This document shows, in pieces, positions 37,328 through 41,370 of a stretch of 41,370 bases of DNA (its first letter is position 1; the number at the start of each line of letters is the position of its first letter). The notes beneath the pieces were generated by a model. It was not told the DNA's origin and ran no database searches. It saw only the letters and a list, made by a program, of their open reading frames with translations. This DNA comes from a virus. The translations under genes were made by a program, and so were the position numbers. The stretch covers positions 1-41,370 of the IMG/VR virus record IMGVR_UViG_3300045988_094016; one strand, given 5' to 3'.

Positions 37328-38083
37328 TTAGAACGTTATAGTTTTTTCATTGTCCAAAATATTGGACACCTCTGCTTTAGCAGGAGCATTGCTTGACCCT
37401 CTAACACCACTTATATTTGTGCCGTTTGCTGATGGCACATCTCTAGCTAATGTTTTCTCCGAAGCCGTAAGGAATTTCTTAGTTAAACCTAAGAACTCCT
37501 CGAAAGAAATCTCTCCCTTTGCTAGCCTTTTCATATACAAAGGAGGAATTTGGTCTGCGATTTCGTCCTTTGTAAGATTAAGTTCAGGATTAGCGGTGAT
37601 AAATTCCTTTAGCTGCTCTGCCAATCTCTCCCTCTCAAACTCCTCTGCGCTTAGGCTTTTAATGCGCTCTAGCTCTTTAACTATGCTGTCCTCAAACTGC
37701 TTCTTGGCAGATACCTCATAGGCGTCGATTTTAGTTCGCCATTGGTCTGGGTCTGTTAGTTTTAGAGTATCTAGCTCTTCCTGTTGTTCAGGCGTGAGCT
37801 TTATCTGCGCTGCAACCTTGTCCCGCAAAAATGAAGCTTGAGCTTCCACAGCTTTCAACTGCTGTTGGCTCTTGGTGAAGCCTGCGACAGTGCCTCGTCT
37901 CCTTTTTTCTGCCTCAATAAGCTTATTCTTGTAGTATTCTACCGCGTTAGCGTCTTTTGGCATATTCTCCTCAATATTCTTAAGGAAATTAGAAACGTCA
38001 TAGTCCTTATCGCCTGTGCTGGTAGCAGTATCTAGTGTATCAGGAGTTTTAACGTCCTGTTCTGGATTACCATTTTCACCCAT
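37328..38083 (-). CDS. Scaffolding protein
   Basis: 251 aa, acidic, with predicted coiled-coil. It lies between TerL and the major capsid gene. Confidence 0.5.
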   Translation of the reverse strand: MGENGNPEQDVKTPDTLDTATSTGDKDYDVSNFLKNIEENMPKDANAVEYYKNKLIEAEKRRRGTVAGFTKSQQQLKAVEAQASFLRDKVAAQIKLTPEQQEELDTLKLTDPDQWRTKIDAYEVSAKKQFEDSIVKELERIKSLSAEEFERERLAEQLKEFITANPELNLTKDEIADQIPPLYMKRLAKGEISFEEFLGLTKKFLTASEKTLARDVPSANGTNISGVRGSSNAPAKAEVSNILDNEKTITF

Positions 38084-38109
38084 TGTAGCCCTTTCTATAG
38101 TATTTTATC

Positions 38110-38120
38110 GTAAGTATAGC
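38110..38120 (-). promoter_or_regulatory. Late-promoter candidate motif GCTATACTTAC (minus strand), copy 1
   Basis: The 11-mer is identical to 40214-40224. Its 3' end lies 26 nt upstream of the scaffold ATG. It contains a TATACT -10-like hexamer. Confidence 0.4.
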
Positions 38121-38141
38121 ATATTTCAACTTAAACTAAGC

Positions 38142-39740
38142 TTAAAGCCCCGAATACTCGTCCTCTTGGTAATAATCATCAGGGTAGCCCATCTCGTCAT
38201 CTGCTACGAGCTCTTTTTTAGTATAATTCGACGCTATCGCTGTATATCGCAAACTATCCATATAGTTAGAAGTCCAGTCGTGCTCTGGGGTGCGTAGCGA
38301 AACACCTAATCTGGTGTCAAACTTCCAGTGGTATTGCTGTAAAGCTAGTAGGAGGGTTTCGCAACTATCATCTATCAGCGCAACGTTCAGAAAATCCCTT
38401 GTAGCACTTATCCCATCATCTATACTTATGCGCTTTAACACGCGTGCAGGCACTCCAAGCTCCAGAAACTTCTCTAATCTAGTTTTACCGGTGCTAAACT
38501 CCCTTACCATCGCATCGTGAGGGAGAACTACGTCCTGTATGTCGTATCCTTTATCGCGTTTAAGTGCCCACATAACCTCAACATAGTGCTCTAAATTTTC
38601 CCCGCTCGCTGCGTAGCAGTCTATAACCCTAGGGACACCATCCACAACTTGGGAGAAAACTAGCACCGTTTCGTCATTAACACCTATATCGTAGCTAACC
38701 ATTACAGGCACTCCGTGGTAGTGCAAACTAGGGATAACTCTCTTGGACGAATAAAGTCCGTCATACTCTTTCTTGTAGATAGACCCTTCTAGAGACTGCT
38801 CGAACGCCTCCTCTGGAGTCGTCGGGTACTCCTGCTTTATCTCGTAACCTAGCTCCTCATATTTCGACGCATACCACCACTTCTGGGTGTTAGTTAGTGT
38901 TATCCCATACTCCTGCTCAACCTTAGTAAAATACTCCCGCATACCCTCATTTATATCCACTTTTGAACTAAGGTTACAGTCCGGGTCCTCCACCCAGCTA
39001 AGAAATACCGCCTGAAACTCCAGCTGGTTGAGGTCACGGGATAGCTTCGATTTATTATACGCTTTCAGCCACATCTCGTAAAATAGCCCGTTGCGACCCT
39101 CTGCCGTGCTCTCAATAGTTATCTTATTATCCTTGCCTACAGCCTGAAACGCACCCGTTTTAAGCTCTTTCGCCTTATCTGGATATTTCTTAGCTATCTT
39201 ACCTAGCTCGGACACGTGTAGTCCCTGAAGTGTATCACCACGAAAGTTACCTATCTTTAGTATTGAGCCATTACTAAACATCATACGCTTCGAGTTATTC
39301 GCCACCAACTTCAGGTTCAGGAGTGTCTTTATGTCCGGGTCTAAGTCCTCCCACATCAACAGCGCCCTATCCGACAGCTTTTCAGCCTCGTCCTGACCAT
39401 AGCTCTGGATACCCGCCTGAAACCCTGGTTTGAACAGGCAGTCATCTAGGTAATATGCCAGAAATAGCGTCGATATACCCTGCTGCCTGCTTTTCAGTAT
39501 TATTTTGCGGTTGTGCTTAAACTGCATAAGAACCTTATTCTGGCTGTGATTTAGTGTTAATATCCTCTTAACACCGTTCTTATCGCGGATAGTGTAGAGG
39601 TTATTCATTCTCCACAACTTAGACCCGAGCTTACTATCCATAAACTCCTGCTGCTCCTGCGTGAGCGATGTCTGTGCCGCCGAATACTGCTCTGTAAGCT
39701 CCTTCGACTTCAGCTCGTCGTTCTTATCCTCAGCAATCAT
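38142..39740 (-). CDS. terL: Terminase large subunit
   Basis: T4-type deviant Walker A KSRQQGIST (compare SRQLGKT in T4 gp17) and a C-terminal nuclease region. Start ATG at 39740 or GTG at 39743. Confidence 0.8.
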   Translation of the reverse strand: MIAEDKNDELKSKELTEQYSAAQTSLTQEQQEFMDSKLGSKLWRMNNLYTIRDKNGVKRILTLNHSQNKVLMQFKHNRKIILKSRQQGISTLFLAYYLDDCLFKPGFQAGIQSYGQDEAEKLSDRALLMWEDLDPDIKTLLNLKLVANNSKRMMFSNGSILKIGNFRGDTLQGLHVSELGKIAKKYPDKAKELKTGAFQAVGKDNKITIESTAEGRNGLFYEMWLKAYNKSKLSRDLNQLEFQAVFLSWVEDPDCNLSSKVDINEGMREYFTKVEQEYGITLTNTQKWWYASKYEELGYEIKQEYPTTPEEAFEQSLEGSIYKKEYDGLYSSKRVIPSLHYHGVPVMVSYDIGVNDETVLVFSQVVDGVPRVIDCYAASGENLEHYVEVMWALKRDKGYDIQDVVLPHDAMVREFSTGKTRLEKFLELGVPARVLKRISIDDGISATRDFLNVALIDDSCETLLLALQQYHWKFDTRLGVSLRTPEHDWTSNYMDSLRYTAIASNYTKKELVADDEMGYPDDYYQEDEYSGL

Positions 39741-40191
39741 CACGGAACCTATCCACCAAATTCTGTATAGCTATGTTTATTACCGGAGTATTATCCTTAG
39801 GCCTCAAGTCTTTGTAAGTCGCCTCTATCGCTGTAACCGAACTTATTAAATCCTTAAGCTCCTTAGTATCTCCAACCATCGACATCATATCTAGGGCATA
39901 ATCAACCGCCTTCTCTTTGAACGAACTGATTTTCTCCAAGACTCGGACTACGCTCTCGTCCTGCTCAGGCTCTTGTGATGCTGGAGCTATAGTAACTACA
40001 GCAGGAGCTAGTGGTTGCTGAGGTGCCGGCAAGACCGTAACTCTTGGTCTAGTAAGCCACTCAGGCTCTCCAATCTGCTCCTTTGTAACTTTATACTTAT
40101 CTAATACTACTTCTATCTCCGACCCCGCTTCATACTCTAACTTTATAAGGTTTAAGAGTGCGACTGGGACCGGCTTCGGTGCTTTAGCCAC
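39730..40191 (-). CDS. Putative terminase small subunit
   Basis: 153 aa, immediately upstream of and overlapping terL. GTG start with the RBS AAGGAG. Confidence 0.4.
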   Translation of the reverse strand: MAKAPKPVPVALLNLIKLEYEAGSEIEVVLDKYKVTKEQIGEPEWLTRPRVTVLPAPQQPLAPAVVTIAPASQEPEQDESVVRVLEKISSFKEKAVDYALDMMSMVGDTKELKDLISSVTAIEATYKDLRPKDNTPVINIAIQNLVDRFRDDC

Positions 40192-40213
40192 GGATACTCC
40201 TTATGGTTTTTCT

Positions 40214-40224
40214 GTAAGTATAGC
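40214..40224 (-). promoter_or_regulatory. Late-promoter candidate motif GCTATACTTAC (minus strand), copy 2
   Basis: Its 3' end lies 22 nt upstream of the TerS GTG. Confidence 0.4.
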
Positions 40225-40604
40225 TAAGTTTAACTTAAGCTTTGCTTACGTGAGCTAATGATAACTATAGTTTGCAGGCCGTAGTCGATATTCTATTAAG
40301 TTTAATTAAAATTGTGTTGCAATTAAAGTTAATTGAATAATAATTTCGTGAAAATTTTTTTATTATTTTGGTGGTATAAGTTACACGCTGTTATATTGGA
40401 GTGTGGCGTCGTGAAAATGGGTTATATTTCGTTGAATTAGGTTATTATTCCATTGAATTAGATTTAATTAAATATTAATTCCGAAATGGAGTTGCGGATT
40501 TTGGAGTGTTCTGTCGTCGAAAACTCTCGCATCACTTTGTCGCACCCACTCCAAATTCCCAAAGGCCTCAAAATAATCTCGATATTTTCACGCAATCTCG
40601 CAAA

Positions 40605-40656
40605 GTTTCACGTGAAACGCTAATTGATAACGATTATTATATTTAATTTAATTTAA
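40605..40656. repeat. Direct repeat unit 1: palindrome GTTTCACGTGAAAC plus TTGATAA(C/T)GATTATTATATT
   Basis: Nearly identical to 40696-40748. A third partial copy lies at 40749-40774. Confidence 0.7.
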
Positions 40657-40695
40657 CGTCTAGCTTGAAATGCAGTCTGCCACATCGCATTTTAA

Positions 40696-40748
40696 GTTTC
40701 ACGTGAAACGCTTATTGATAATGATTATTATATTCTATTTAATTTAAG
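40696..40748. repeat. Direct repeat unit 2
   Basis: See unit 1. The palindromes are 91 bp apart. Confidence 0.7.
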
Positions 40749-40931
40749 CATTGATAATGATTATTATAATCTACGTCATTATCATAACAACTGCTATTTG
40801 ATAATGTTGCAATTTAAGCGTTTCTTAAGCAAAATTATGCTATTCGCGTAACATATAATATAAGTAATTTTTAGAGCTAGAAAAATATTTTTACAAACGT
40901 TATTTAATTCAGTTTAATTTAAGCAAATTGA

Positions 40932-40940
40932 TGATATAAT
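40932..40940 (+). promoter_or_regulatory. Early promoter, extended -10 TGATATAAT (duplicate of the element at 437-472)
   Basis: aattcagtttaatttaagcaaattgatgatataat, compared with 437-472. Confidence 0.55.
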
Positions 40941-40974
40941 TCTTTCATAAATCAAAAGAAAGAGAGATAATAAA

Positions 40975-41280
40975 ATGCTAGATGATGATAAATATCTAAA
41001 TGCGTTTTTAAAGTTGAATAAACTAAATAATAAGTTTATTCGAGAATATAATCAAAAGATGATAGATTTTGCTAATCAGTCTTTTATCTTTGTTGAATAT
41101 CAAGAAGCAGAGAAATCATTAAGAGATATTCAAGATAGATTATATTTGATAAATGCGATTATGATTAAAATTGCGCATTATTATCAAGTTGATGAATTAA
41201 ATCTAAATGAAATAAGAGAAAATATAAGCAAAGAATTTAAAAGCGTTTATTTAGATGAAATATTAGAATATATCATCTAA
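40975..41280 (+). CDS. First early hypothetical protein, 101 aa
   Basis: ORF behind the duplicated promoter-leader module. No recognised domain. Confidence 0.55.
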   Translation: MLDDDKYLNAFLKLNKLNNKFIREYNQKMIDFANQSFIFVEYQEAEKSLRDIQDRLYLINAIMIKIAHYYQVDELNLNEIRENISKEFKSVYLDEILEYII

Positions 41281-41370
41281 ATTCAGTTTAATTTAAGAGA
41301 TTAGAAATTGAGCTCAATAAGCTAGAAAAATTTTATCTAAATCAGAGTGCAAACTTTGACGAGCTAAAAA

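Noticed and set aside
1-41370. CRISPR array, integrase or lysogeny module, or diversity-generating retroelement near the tail fiber
   Set aside because: There are no repeat-spacer arrays. No tyrosine or serine recombinase motif occurs in any ORF. No reverse transcriptase is present, and no TR/VR-like repeat pair lies near the fiber C-terminus.

Overview
This window is a complete, circularly closed tailed-phage genome of about 41.3 kb. Bases 1-55 are identical to 41316-41370, so the contig overlaps itself or is terminally redundant. The sequence is AT-rich (roughly mid-30s % GC by eye). I found no tRNA, rRNA, CRISPR array, integrase or phage RNA polymerase.

The genome has two arms that transcribe toward each other.

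- The plus-strand early/middle arm runs from about 40900 through the wrap point to 20388. It is driven by many host sigma70-type promoters, including a perfect TTGACA-N17-TATAAT and several extended -10 TGnTATAAT sites, so the phage appears to depend on host RNAP. This arm encodes:
  - unknown early proteins;
  - a higher-GC island at about 1870-6430 carrying a primase-polymerase/SF3-helicase and a Dda-like SF1 helicase;
  - a T7 gp2.5-like SSB, a family-A DNA polymerase, a 5'-3' exonuclease/FEN, a DNA ligase and a VRR-NUC nuclease plus helicase pair;
  - a nucleotide-pool module at 12.0-15.3 kb (ThyX, nucleoside 2-deoxyribosyltransferase/DNPH1-like, YfbR-like HD 5'-deoxynucleotidase, HTH regulator, MazG-like pyrophosphatase);
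  - eight small overlapping genes at 15.3-17.4 kb that contain three diverged paralogous pairs.
- The minus-strand late arm runs from 40191 down to 20395. It encodes TerS, TerL, scaffold, major capsid, a collagen-like tail fiber, a lysis cassette, large virion proteins and a putative portal.
- The two arms meet at a shared bidirectional terminator hairpin at 20375-20394.

The observations most worth a second look are:

- a stand-alone 61-aa protein matching the C-terminal glycyl-radical loop of class III ribonucleotide reductase NrdD, inside the lysis cassette;
- a candidate endolysin with an L,D-transpeptidase-like His/Cys motif;
- a 1.2-kb ORF-free, iteron-rich region that looks like an origin;
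- a GC-elevated, structured 417-bp leader upstream of the SSB gene;
- the divergent control region at 40192-40974, dense in CGTGAAA half-sites, palindromes and roughly 52-bp direct repeats;
- an 11-mer (GCTATACTTAC on the late strand) repeated exactly upstream of TerS and the scaffold gene.
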